This document shows, piece by piece, positions 1 through 11,900 of a stretch of 64,000 bases of DNA. The stretch is from Antechinus flavipes (Eukaryota). How positions within the stretch are numbered: position 1 is the first letter of the stretch; every line of letters begins with the position of its first letter. Both the position numbers and the translations under genes were made by a program. Below the pieces are notes generated by a model, which had not been told where the DNA came from, made no database searches, and was given only the letters and a program-made list of their open reading frames with translations. The stretch is taken from positions 43,400,001 to 43,464,000 of the forward strand of contig NC_067404.1 of the NCBI RefSeq assembly GCF_016432865.1, read 5' to 3'.

Positions 1-214
1 AGTATGGGCTGTCTCTGGAGGAAGTGAGCTCTCCAACATGGAGATCTTCTAGCAAAAGAGACCTATAATGTTAAAAAATTATGCAAGTGCCCTTCATTCC
101 TTTGCCCATTTCTCTTTTAAAAACATTTCTTATGTACCTTTTCTACGTAGTTTTCTTTCTCTTTGATGTTGTAGTGAGTTAGTTGCTTTTTGAGAAGACT
201 ATAAAAGGCTTAAG

Positions 215-435
215 GAGGTATTAGGGCACCAAGGTTTAAGAGCTAGCTTCCAAGTTAGAAAGTCCTGTTTCTCAGTCGTACCACTAGTGTGACTTGGGAC
301 AAATCATTTAACTCATAGGTACCTATGACAACTCCCTAAAACTCTCTAAGCTGCGAAACACCTGCAGATCTGCCTTGGTAAAGAGGGTTTCTTCACTAGA
401 AGTTCCTTATGCCAAAGAAATAACAGATCTGGTTA
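215..435 (+). mobile_element. Old CORE-SINE (MIR3/WALLSI-like) fragment
   Basis: Degenerate core tgtgacttgggacaaatcatttaac followed by the marsupial MIR-type tail (ggtaaagagggtttcttcactagaagttcc). Boundaries approximate. Confidence 0.5.
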
Positions 436-922
436 AAAAACAGTCCCCAAAATGAAGGGCAGAGGACCCTTTGAACCCCTGCCTTGGTCGTCTCAGCTAG
501 AAATCCTATTACATATAGTTTAATGAAAATGTCAAGGGGGGGAAAGTTGGATAGGAAATGGATATTCATCTATATTTCCTGGGGGATTAAAAATTCTTGA
601 TTATACCATCTGAACTAGACATTAAGAAGTCCATTGGACAGCCATTTAGGATTCATTAGCATAAAGAGGCTTCCTTGAGCCTTGAGGAGGAGAGAAAAGG
701 TATTATAAATCCATTTTAAGAAATAAAGCCAAAACCTCCTATAAAGCATTTTGCCACACAAGAGAGAAGCAATTTCCTTGTTACTGCTTCAATTTCTTAA
801 ATCATCTGGCTTCATAGATCAACACTAACTCTCTTTAAATCCAAAAAATGAAATTCTATCCGATGATTCATTACCCAGAGTGAGCTACAAATTGCAATTT
901 GTGATTCAGGTATTTCTTCTAG

Positions 923-999
923 GACTCTTGGGGACAACGATTTGTCCAAAATAACAGCATCTTCCCCTACCCCTACCCTATGCGTACGTGTAAATACAG
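923..999 (+). CDS. Candidate 77-nt internal exon, unidentified (DSWGQRFVQNNSIFPYPYPMRTCKY in phase 0)
   Basis: Acceptor gtatttcttctag|, donor tacag|gtaatt, open in two frames, 3 CpGs. No homologue recognised. Confidence 0.2.
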
Positions 1000-1654
1000 G
1001 TAATTCATCCGGTCAGAATTGTATATACATAATAAAAAATGTTCCTGCTATGCCTGGGCCAGATATTTTAGTCTGGGAAGATTGGTTCCTGGCTGGCATC
1101 CAGATTGATACCACACTAGGGGATGTGTCTTCTGGCAAGAGTGATCTAATGGCAAAGGTCTTGTGAGAACCTTCCTAGTACTCCCAGCAGCATCCCATAA
1201 TCAATATTTTTTAGCAGGAACACTTTTAGTAGGATGAACTGGAGTATTCTGGATTCTCCTCCGTTAGTGTAGGAGCCCACAGCCTGAAGGACCGGCTTTG
1301 AAGGGGGTCACAGCAGATCACATCAGCTCATCAGTGTAGGGGCAAGGGGTTATAGGAATGCCAGCAGCCACTATTAAGACAGAGGTTTTGGAGAAACAGT
1401 TAAATGAATTCTCAGTTCTTTAGTCCTCTCTGAATTTTTCTGTCTCCTGATCTAGCATCAACCATTGGTCTGAAACTCTTTTTTCAAAAGCTAATCTTAT
1501 CCACCCACCCTACTTCCCACCTTCTACCTTAGAATTTGGTGCTTTGCAGATTCTCTCCTAGTAGCCTGATCTATTTTAGGTTGTTTTTTTTTTTGGGGGG
1601 GGTGGGGGGGATGGTTGGTTACTTCCTTACTTGGACCCCCTACAGAGAGATTTG

Positions 1655-1880
1655 GTTAGCTACATGACCCAGTAGGTAGAGTATGGAGCCTGGAATCAGG
1701 AAGCCTCCTCTTCCTGAGTTCAAATCCAGCCTCAGATAGTTACTAGCTTTGTGACCCTGGGCAAGTCACTTTACCTCATCTGCTTCAGTTTCCTCATCTG
1801 AGGAAATGGCAAACCCTTCCAGTGTCTTTGCCAAGAAAACCCCTAATGGGTCACAAAGAGTTGGACACAACTAAAAAAAT
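1655..1880 (+). mobile_element. MAR1-like marsupial SINE
   Basis: tRNA-like head and CORE (gtgaccctgggcaagtcactt), plus the diagnostic tail gaggaaatggcaaaccc...gggtcacaaagagttggacacaact. Confidence 0.85.
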
Positions 1881-2984
1881 CACTCAACAAAGGTAGAGAC
1901 TAATTTTGTGAATACCCAGCTAGGGGAAGGCCATTCAAGCGTCACATCTGCATCTGTTTGCACCACCCTAAGAGTCAAAATCAAACCATCTTTATGCAAC
2001 AGATGTTTCGCCATGACTTCTCTATACTCGATGTTTTTAAGTAGCAATGACCGTGTTTCACCTGAGCTTCACTTGAAGTTAGTAACTGTTGGGCATCTAG
2101 GATGTCCTTGGTATCAGTCGGACTCCCAGAATTTTTCTATCCTCCCTTTAAAACACATTTTCTACTTACCTATTTCATAAGGTCTCTTCCTATATATTAT
2201 ACAAGGTAAAGCTTTTAGTATTTTTAAGTATTTCATCTCAAAATGAATGATTTCCTTTTGAGCAGTTAACATGTGCATATGAAAAGAGATAATGATTTCT
2301 CCATAAAAGCACTAGTTGCCTTATGTTGAATGGATACATATTTTGCACTTCCTCTGGATTACATTCTCCCAATTCCCACTTGTCTTGATGGTTCGGGTCT
2401 ATAGAGGGTTGCTAAGTGCTATTATTCTTCAGGATTTTTTATCCTAAGGACCTAGCTTTCTTCTACTTCTGCTGCTTATGAGCCCTCATCAGTGTGTTTC
2501 CCACTAACAATCAACCAATAGATTTAATTAGCTTTTAGAAAAGCTATTTATCAAGTTGGTATAGTAACAATAATAGTTACAAAAACATCTCCCGCAAGCC
2601 TGAGACATTCTCTCCCATGAGAAATTTAAAGTACAAAGGTAATGAAGCTCTTGTATAGAGAACACATAGGGCCAAAGTGTACCCCCCCCCACTCCTCACC
2701 CTGGAAGGTGTTTTCCTACTTTGTGGGCTCCCCATGAAGTTTCCCTTAGATGTAGCTCTCTGCTGAGCTCTCAGTCACTGTTATAAAGTTCAGAGCAAGG
2801 ACTTTTCTGGACCACAAGGGGTCACACTGCCTGAACTTGCTACCCTCCACGGTGATTGTCTTTCTGAATGTGTCTGTAGCTGCTTTCACTGGCATTGGCC
2901 ATGGCCGTTCAGCCAATCACCTACAGACACTGGTGTGGTCTCTGGATCTCCCAAACTCACAGGGTCACTTCCATCTCGGAATTA

Positions 2985-3320
2985 AGCAATCAGCAAGCCA
3001 TTAGTAAGTACTTACAGTTTGTCAGATACTGTGCTGAACATTGGGATACAAAGAGAAAGCAGACGTAGTTTTTGACCTCATGGAGTTCATAGTCTAAGAG
3101 AAAAAGACAACATGTACATTAGTACATACAAGATAAATACAGAGTAGATGAAAGATAAGTGGTAAATGGAAGGTAATCTTACAGGAAATGACACTAGCAG
3201 CACTAGTTGGACTAGGAAAGGTTTCCTAGAAAAAGTGATGCTTTAGCTGGATCTTAAAGGAAGCCAGAAATTCTAAAGGCTTTTTAAATAGAATGCATTA
3301 CAGCCATGAGAGATAGCTCC
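2985..3320 (-). mobile_element. L2 LINE 3' fragment
   Basis: aagcaatcagcaagccattagtaagtacttacagtttgtcagatactgtgctgaacattgggatacaaag matches the reverse-complement L2 tail pattern. Confidence 0.65.
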
Positions 3321-4255
3321 TTTACCATTTACTAATTTAGCTCAAGCTCAATAATCCCTGAGTAGTCAATTCTTTCACCTCCACAACCAATGAAAAGACT
3401 TCATCATCACAGAGTCCCAGCCCCTCCCTCTGTTATTTGTAGCCAGAAAACTGTTTCTCCAAGTTTCCACTTAGAAAAGGCCCTGCTCATTGCTTACTTG
3501 AAATCAAATAGAAATATCTTATCCATTTTCTAAAGACTGACCCTCCACATAGGACAGATAATTTCTATTACACATAAGTAATTAAGGGACCATTGGATAG
3601 GATTGTTGTTGTTATTCTATATTATCATCCTTAACCCAAAATATCATTTTTGTTGTTATAAATTCTCTAACTATATGGCTATTCTGTGAATACTATTTTG
3701 ATCTATTTAATTATCAACCAGGCAAAGAGACAGCAACATCTACAACCTCATAAAACTGTAGTAATTACCTTTTATGCCCCAAAGATTGATAAATTCTGTC
3801 TTCAAGGATGTCACTCACATCACATCCTCAGTGTAGGGAATCGGCATTGGAGCCAAAATCCTTGAGTTGGATTCGTGGCCTGGATACTTGCTGGCTTTTT
3901 CTCTATGGACAAATCATCCATGTGCATCATCTTTAAAAGAAGGACAATAATGATTATATTACCTGCCCTGCCATAACAGTTATTGTAATCAAATTAGATA
4001 AAGCAAGGAAAGGATACCAGAAACATAAAGTGTTGCCTAAATGCAGATCTACCTATCATGCATATATGAAGACAAATAGAGTTGTTATTATGTTACACGT
4101 GTAAAATATGGTCTTCAGTAAAATTGTTATTGTTATTATTTTTTAAAGCAGTAACAAAGAAGCACATAGTTTTAGACCATATGCAAGCTTTACCCTTAGC
4201 TGTTGATATTCCAGATGTGAGATCCTTGTGCACTGTCTAATATGTGATTCCTTAG

Positions 4256-4322
4256 GGACTGAATCATATCCGTCTTGACGTTCCTGCTTTAACTAAAACC
4301 GGCAGGAAGAAAGGAGGTGCAG
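4256..4322 (+). CDS. Candidate 67-nt exon, unidentified (GLNHIRLDVPALTKTGRKKGGA)
   Basis: Acceptor gtgattccttag|, perfect donor cag|gtaagt, only frame 0 open, 3 CpGs. Confidence 0.3.
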
Positions 4323-4675
4323 GTAAGTGGAAAGATGGTCCATAGATTCTCACTGTAAAGGCAGATAAAGGAATTGGTATGGTTGATTTTATCACATATC
4401 CAAAGTCAGCAAGAAATGTCATTCATGGGATGTTTGAACATATATTAACATTGATCATAATAAGTATAGCATTTGTAAAAATTAGAAAATATTTGCAGCA
4501 TATATGCTATTTGTTGCAAAGATGAAGAGGTCATTGAATTTTTTAAATAGAGAATAAAATAAGATCCTCCCAAATTAAATCAGTGGTTTTTTTGTTATTC
4601 AGTGATTTTAGTGCAAATATGAAGATGGTGACCAAAACTGGAAATCATGATTCAGGGATAAAGAATAATGATAAT

Positions 4676-4702
4676 GAAGATGATGATGATGATGATGATG
4701 AT
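4676..4702. repeat. (GAT)n microsatellite
   Basis: About 8 GAT units seen directly, at the end of a MIR. Confidence 0.95.
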
Positions 4703-4704
4703 TA

Positions 4705-4960
4705 CAGCAAACATTTATATAATGCTTACTATGTGCCAGGTACTGTGCTAAGCACTTTACAGTTATTATCTCATTTGATCTTTACAGTAAACTTATGAAG
4801 TAGATGTTGTTATTATCCTCATTTTACAGGTGAGGAAACTAAGGCAAACAAGAGTTAAGTGACTTGCCCGCAGTCACACAGCTAATGTTTGTGGCCCTAT
4901 CTGAACTCAGGTTTTCCTGATTCCAGGCTCAGCACTCTAGCCACTGTGCTACCTACCTTC
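4705..4960 (-). mobile_element. MIR SINE
   Basis: cattttacaggtgaggaaactaaggca...gttaagtgacttgcccgcagtcacacagcta is the MIR core in reverse orientation. Confidence 0.85.
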
Positions 4961-5623
4961 CTCAGACAACATAGAAGCCTCATAGCTAAGGGTTGTGAAT
5001 AATGTTTTCAAGAGAATAAATGGAAAGTAATGAACATGATAAGTACTGAATAGCATTATAAAAAATCAAATGAATTCTATTTTAATAGAATAATTAAATA
5101 ATTACATTTTATTTATCCTGATCATCAACACAATCATTTAATTATATTAGATTATTAATTTGAATTAATTAATTAAAATAAATAATCAATGGAATGATTA
5201 ATAAAATAAACTCATCATTCATGCATTATCTATACATTCAGCTCACTGATTTGTTAGCAGAAACATAGAAAAGAATAAAAATGAGAAGCTACGTATAAAA
5301 TAAATTATTTAATTCAGATCTCTTCAAAGTATGGATCTTTTCAAAGTATTGATAAAAAATGATAATAGAAGAAGGAATGCAGAAATAGGATGCAAATTAT
5401 TTTAGGTAGAATATTAGCTGGTGTAAATCAATTGCCTTAACAAGGAGACTAGAAGAGCCTAAAAATGCCTCTCGGCCAATGAATACTTGAACTGCTTGTT
5501 GAGTAGAAAGAGGTAGCCACCAAAGGCCACAGGGGTTTAGAATATAAACTTATTTGTAAAATCTTATGGAGATGAGTGTTGGAAGATTATGAGGAGTATC
5601 ACTTCCTAAAGCAGAGATAAGCA

Positions 5624-5979
5624 CTTTTCAACAATGAAGTGATTCGGGCCAATTCCAATAGACTTGTGATGGAGAGAGCCATCTGCATCCATAGAGAGAG
5701 TTATGGGGACTGAATGCGGATCACAACATAGTATTTTCACCTTTTTTGTTGTTGTTTGCTTGGTTTTTCTCTCTCATTTTTTCCCTTTTGATCTGATTTT
5801 TCTTGTGCATGATAAGTGTGGAAATTATGTATAGAAGAACAGCACATGTTTAATTTATATTGGATTACTGTCTAGGGGAAAGAGATGGGGAAAGAGAGGG
5901 AGAAAAATTTGGAACACGAGGTTTTACAAATGTGAACTATCTTTGCTTGTATTTTGAAAATGTTAAATTTAAGAAACTT
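5624..5979 (+). mobile_element. Marsupial L1 3' fragment with TSD
   Basis: L1 3'UTR sequence flanked by aagcagagataagca (5609-5623) and aagtagagataagca (5980-5994). Confidence 0.85.
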
Positions 5980-6498
5980 AAGTAGAGATAAGCAGTAGAG
6001 ATTAAATCTAGTTAAAGAAAGTAGGTGAGAGACATCTTTAATCCAAGTAATCTTGAAGGCCTTTTTAAATGAAGATAATCTGTATCCACATAGAGGGTAG
6101 ACTCACTAAAGAGTTAAGTGACTGCTTAATTAAGTGATTACTAATGTAATTACTAATGACAATCTGGTAGGTTTCCTCAATATTCCACAATAGACCAAAT
6201 CTTTACCATTACAGAACTAAGTCACAGATGTAAAAAATCCAAGTTTGCTGATTATTAAATGAATCACTTCACTGATGCAAAATAGCACTTTAAAGGTTCT
6301 CTTTCAACAAAGTGTCACCTCTTTACCAAAATTATTCAAAATTCTTTGAAAGATTTGAAGACAGAGATAGCGGTGTTTGTTCTTTTGTTCATAATCACTA
6401 GGCAAGATATAAAGCAGAAAGACATGTGCTTACCAAAGGCCTCTATGATGGAGGAGAACCATCAAAGACTCAAAGCTGAAAAGAGCTTTCCTCTAGAT

Positions 6499-6686
6499 CA
6501 GGGGTCCTCAAACTTTTTAAATAGGGGGCCATTTCACTGTCCCTCAGACTGCTGGAGGGCCGGACTATAGTAAAAACAAAAACTTTGATTTGTGGGCCTT
6601 TAAATAAACTTCATAGCCCTGGGTGAGGGGGATAAACGTCCTCAGCTGCCGCATCTGGCCCGCGGGCCGTAGTTTGAGGACCCCTG
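6499..6686. mobile_element. Non-autonomous hAT-Charlie MITE, OC1/OposCharlie1-type
   Basis: Perfect 16-bp TIRs CAGGGGTCCTCAAACT / AGTTTGAGGACCCCTG, perfect 8-bp TSD CTCTAGAT (6491-6498, 6687-6694) fitting the Charlie NTCTAGAN preference, CpGs retained. Confidence 0.92.
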
Positions 6687-7776
6687 CTCTAGATCATGAG
6701 GTCTTTAAGATGCCCCTACCTAAAGATGATATCAAGTCTCAGACCCACGTGGAGCCTCCTGGTCGAAAGCCTCATCTACTCAAAAAATTTTGGCATGACC
6801 ATCCACACAGGAAGAACCAAGTGGACAAAATATGTCTGTTGTTCAGATTATGAAATGCAATGATAAAATCTTGCAACCCGCTTATGAAGAAATATTATTG
6901 AGCTGTTATATTCCTAGACATGCTGTAAATCTCCCCATTTTGTATTTCCACAACTAGACTAGTTAAACTAGATCTTTAAAGTCAGTGACTGTGTCTTAAT
7001 TAGTTCTCGGCCTCTAGGGGAGTCAGTAAAACATTAGGGCTGCCTTTCATTTCCTGAAGTCTTGATATCATCAGCATAGGCTTTTTTGGTGACTGGCAAC
7101 CAGGTTGGTGCAGGAGAAGTGCTGTCTCTGATGTCCCTAGGCAACGCAGGAGGGAGACAGCTCCTAGTAAAGTTCTTTATTAGAATAAGGAAAGAAATTC
7201 CCTCTAAGTTTCACTCCCTTCCCAGCTGGGAATCCCAGCAGACTGTGAGAGAGGCAACAGCAGCCAGTTGGAGATTAACCATGTGTTATATATGTGAGCC
7301 AGAGGCATTATGGCGTGATGTTACTGTTGTTTTCCTCAATAGCTGGTTAGTGTTTTGTTCTTTTTGAGTTCCCATAGTTACATTCAGCAATGACGTTTAG
7401 AATAGAGTTAGTCCCGAGTAGTTTCGAAGAAATAAAGTATGGCTGTGTGACCTTGGGCTGGGCAACATTTTTTTCTGGAATGGCAAAATCTCAGATCTGG
7501 AAAGGACTACGGAGCCAACTTCTGGCTTTAACAAAAACATCTCTCAACGACCTCCCTGACAAGAGGTCAGGAAACCTCTGCTTGAAGACATTGAGTGAGG
7601 GAGAATACATAACCTCTAATGGCAGTCAACTTCACTTTGGGACAGCTCTGCTTATCTCTTTGTGATGTCCACCTACTGCTCCTGGGTCTATTCTCTTAGA
7701 CAAAACTTATAAGTCAAAGCTCTTCTCTAAAGAACAGCTTTTTAGATACTGATAGTCATCATGACCCTCCAAGTCT

Positions 7777-7936
7777 TTTTTTTTTATTATTATTTTGTAT
7801 GTGAGAGCAAATTGGAGGAATGTGACTTGGCTAGGGTCACATAGGTAAAAAGTGTTAAGTGTCTGAGACTGAATTGGAACTCAGATCCTCCTGACTTCAG
7901 GGCTCATGCTCTATCTAGATGCCATCTAGATGTCCC
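7777..7936 (-). mobile_element. WSINE1-like short CORE-SINE
   Basis: Poly-T, CORE and tRNA head in reverse, with TSD ccaagtct on both sides. Confidence 0.8.
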
Positions 7937-9564
7937 CCAAGTCTATTTGTCTCTGGTTTGACACCCCCAGTTCTTTCTGCAGATCCTCATGTGGCCTAAT
8001 CTTGAGGCTCTTCACCAGACCAGTCACTCTCTCCAGATTCCCTCTTTACGTTTAAAATGTCCTAGACCAACAGATAGAAGTTGAAGGGAAGAGCATTTAA
8101 GTTTGATGTAAGGGAAACTTCCCAACAATCAGATCTCTCCTTAAGTGGTAGGGGATGATTTCATCAGAGATCTTCAGATAAAGGCTTGGTGACATCTTAT
8201 GGGAAGGTATCAAGGGAATTTGTATTCAGAAATGATGTAGAATAGATATCTTCTGATGTGCCTTCTACTCTGGAGGTTGTGCGATTCTCCTTGAATGATC
8301 TCTTCTCTAAAACACAACCATGATAGAAATGAACTCCCTACTCCCCAATGTGCCTGTGTCCTTTCTGCATCTCTTTGGGTTCCCAGAGCCCTTCACTCTC
8401 ACTGAAGAGCACCCTGGGAAAATCAGGCCCCAACCAATACCAACCCAGAGCAAACTGTCCTGAAGCAAAATGTGCCACTGTCCTTTCTGAGCCTGTCTCC
8501 TTGGAATTCTTACTGTCTTTCCAACAGGCAATATTTGGAAAGACGTTATCTTGCATTTTGAGGATGGGGTCTAGTCATTGAAGAAATAACACAAGATTTG
8601 TATTTAAGAGCCTTTCTACTTCTTTCATTTTATAGGATCAAAGTACTATTCAATCAGACATTTATCCTATGTATGCCATGTTAGGCACTAGAGAAACAAT
8701 GAATGGAATAATCCTTACAATGATCTTCTCTACACACAGTTTTTTTTTCCTTCAGTAGTATTTTATTTTCCCAAATACATGTAAAGATACTTTTCAACAT
8801 TCATTTTTGTAAAACTTTGTGTTCCAAATTTTTCCCCTCCCTCCCTTACTTCCCCCATCCCCAAGACAGCAAGCAATTTGATATAGGTTATACAGATACA
8901 ATGCTTGACCCCCAAAATTTAAAGCTGGAGGAAACTTTAGGGATTGCTGAATCTAAATGCCTTACTTTACAGATGAGGAAACTGAGGTCCAGAAAGAAGT
9001 GATTTGTCCTGGGTCAGCCATGTGACTGATCATGTCTGAGTTAGAATTCAAATCCAGGTCTTTTGGACTGCATTACATGTAATCCAGCACTGTCTTTCCT
9101 TTCCATGAAGTTACATTTTACTACCTTTGTGACCCTAAATTCGGTCACTTCCCATTTCTGAGCCTTGGTTTTCTCTACTATAAGACAGGAGTAATCCTTT
9201 TACTCCCTACCTTGCAGGATTGTCATGAGGACAGTGCTTTGGGATCTTGAAAGCAAGATGCTTGTTTGACTGAAGATAGAAGGAACTTTAGAAACCATTT
9301 TGATCCCCTCTCCTTTGGAGTTATTTTCTACATGGGGTGTATGTAAAATCTTGAGACAACTTCTTGAAAATGAGGTGTTGATAGTGGCGGTGGTGGCGGT
9401 GGTGGGGAGGGATACTGCTGCTGCTGTGTAAATTTGCATGCACTTTGGAGCCTGTGATTTTTCTTGTGTGGATCCCAGAATCCAATCTGAGCTCCAGACA
9501 AAGAAGTCCAGAAGATGCATGAGCTACATACCTGGCAGCTTAATTCATTTGCCTTCTCTCCCAG

Positions 9565-9584
9565 CCAAAGCCTCTGTTACAACA
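9565..9584 (+). other. Candidate 20-nt micro-exon
   Basis: ttcatttgccttctctcccag|CCAAAGCCTCTGTTACAACA|gtaagt: strong polypyrimidine tract and donor. Confidence 0.25.
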
Positions 9585-10929
9585 GTAAGTTACAGTCCTG
9601 GGTGGAAGAGCAATGGTTTCGTGTATAATCACCCCAGGACCAGGAGAGGAAGAGAGCACTTGAGGCATCACCCAGATGGTCAGACCTGTCACTTGGGAAC
9701 CCCAAAATTAGTCCCTTCCTTCCCAAGAGCTGTGTGTTTGGATAATACCAAAAGATCCGATCAATGAGGACAGAAGGGAGGGAGGGATGATAAATGGTGA
9801 GAGAAAGGAGTTCTCAACCATGACTGAGACATTTTCAATGATCATAGAATGACAGAGTTTACTGAAAGGTCATGGATCTCCCATATCCTTTCCTTTTCAA
9901 TTTTTTTCCTCCTAGAAATCATAGACTTGGTCAAGGCAACATGGCAAATTAGAGTGTTGAGCTTAGAGTAGATTCCCATACCACCTCTGACATTTGGTAA
10001 TTGTGTGACCCCGGGCAGGTCATTTCATTGTTGTCCTCTCTAGGACTTGGGAGCCCCACGGTTAGATCCTTTCTGCCAAAGGTGCTATTTGTTTGGATAA
10101 TAAGAAAAGATCTGAATCTATGATCTGCACTTACAAAATCACAGGAAATCATAGTATTTAGAGGTGAAAGAGACTTTAAAGATCATCTGGTCTAATTCCC
10201 TCATGGTACAGAAAAGGAAACTTAGGACCTAGCTTGGAGAAGGAACTTGTTCAAAATCATTTGGAAAATTTAATGGAAACAAAGTACTCCAATTCAGTGC
10301 TCTTATTTTTCTACTGTATTGCTTCCATGTGATATCTTGCTTGGTCTCTAAGAGAGCTTATATTCTATTAGAAGAGACCTTGGGCGCATATATTACAAAA
10401 TACATCTGAGGAATTTTAGGGAGAGAGGAAAGCCCTACAGCTAGAAGGTTCAGGAGAGGTTTTGTCTAGAAGCTGAGATTTGAACTGAGGTTTGAAAGAA
10501 GGGATTTTAAGAACAGAGGAGTGAGCGTATTCCAGACATAGTGAAATGGCCAGTTCAGAAGATGGAGATAGAGTATCATTTGTGGATGTGATACAAACAT
10601 TTTTTTAAAAGTATCAACTGCAAAACTTCCCACCACAGGAGATGGGATTTCTCCCATGAATAATATTCTAAAGCAATCTCTTCTTTACTTGAATGATTAA
10701 ATAAATATAGAAGCATGGGAATTTACAGGTGATTGTCACTTTTACACAGTAATAGGGAAGGTAGGTAATCTTTCTTATCAGACACTGTTGTGTTGATTAT
10801 AATGCCCACTTGAATCAGAAACTTTTTAGTCACTTGAATTATTTGCCTTAGTGAAAAGGCGATTGTTATGTGGGAGGGTAGAAATAGGAAGATTTACATT
10901 TGTAGAACCAAGCCATCATATGAACTCAC

Positions 10930-11078
10930 CAGCAGACCCCTATGGAGAAGAAGCATGGCTTCTGGGTTTAGAGGCCTCAAAGGGAAAAACAGCTGCTCTG
11001 TTCTACTTGGACTTCCAAGTCTGCTGGTTCACATTCATCCTGTTGCACTCAGCATCTGGTAACAGATGGGAGAGCTTT
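10930..11078 (-). other. Candidate exon with 5'UTR and start codon (MLLLHRGLL)
   Basis: Minus-strand acceptor tgctgcttctctttacag|, gccATG at 10956, donor ctg|gtgagt. Upstream uORFs present and no downstream exons identified. Confidence 0.2.
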
Positions 11079-11308
11079 CTGTAAAGAGAAGCAGCACTGT
11101 AACTCCCTCTCTTGGGTACTTGCTGTCTGTTCCAACCCAAATCAAACTCTTCCAGGTCAAACAAAACAGAGACAATGCTTGTACTGTTTTGGGAGCTAGC
11201 GGGTCAGAGTTTAGCAGATAACGTTCCCTCTTCTTTAGCCTTCTTTAACTTTTTAGTTAAAAAGGCATTTAACCCTTTTCATTGTCTGGGGCCACCTGAC
11301 CTTTAGAG

Positions 11309-11501
11309 CAGGGGTTCTTAACCTGAGATCCAAGAACTTGGTTTTTTAAAACTGTTTTGATAATTTGTATTTCAGCATGTTTGATCCCTTTTGAAATCCT
11401 GTATCTTTTATTTTTTGTATTTAAAGACATTTTAAGAGGGGCTCCATAGCTTTCACCTCCTGCCAAAGGGGCCCATAACATAAAAAGGGTAAGAACCCTT
11501 G
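11309..11501. mobile_element. Older hAT-Charlie MITE
   Basis: Imperfect TIRs caggggttcttaacc ... gggtaagaacccttg; degenerate TSD ctttagag/gtttatga. Confidence 0.75.
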
Positions 11502-11519
11502 GTTTATGACCTTTTCTTA

Positions 11520-11900
11520 TATTCCTTCTTCTGCCAAATGGGGCTATTCACAAGCCTCTGTTCTCCCATCTGGGGGCCTTTGCTCACCCTTTTCCTGGAT
11601 TGCCCTTTCTTACCATTTCCCCTCATGTATCTTTTCAAGCTTAACTCAAATGTTACTGCCTCCACAAAGCGTTTCCTAAAATTTCCCTCTCTTCATCTAC
11701 TAATGACCTTCTCCTTCAGACCTGAGAGAGCACTTAATTTGTATCTCTTTAATGCACTATTCACATAACATATTACAGCATTCCACGTTGGCATCTTCTC
11801 CCTATTGGACTGTGAGTTTTGGGGGGCAGGGCCTGTCCCTTTTGGAATATCTGTTCTCTTCCCCAACATGAAGCACTGCCCTGCTCCTAGCAGGTGCTTT
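11520..11900 (+). mobile_element. L2 3' fragment
   Basis: caagcttaactcaaatgttactgcctcc and ggactgtgagttttggggggcagggcctgt match the L2 tail. Confidence 0.65.

Noticed and set aside
3810-3860. MPIPYTEDVM resembling the CYP2 MPYTDAV motif
   Set aside because: No following ExxR motif, an immediate stop, and overlap with a MIR head.
7008-7026. CTCF-like motif CGGCCTCTAGGGGAGTCAG (similar one at about 25992)
   Set aside because: Several core mismatches, and both lie inside decayed L2/L3 sequence.
9432-9590. ATTTGCAT octamer upstream of an ATG and donor (Ig light-chain promoter and leader?)
   Set aside because: The predicted leader is not hydrophobic, and no V exon or RSS follows.
9531-9597. Minus-strand TVTYCCNRGFG resembling a Sushi/CCP domain
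   Set aside because: In-frame stop before the donor and none of the remaining CCP cysteine/tryptophan pattern.
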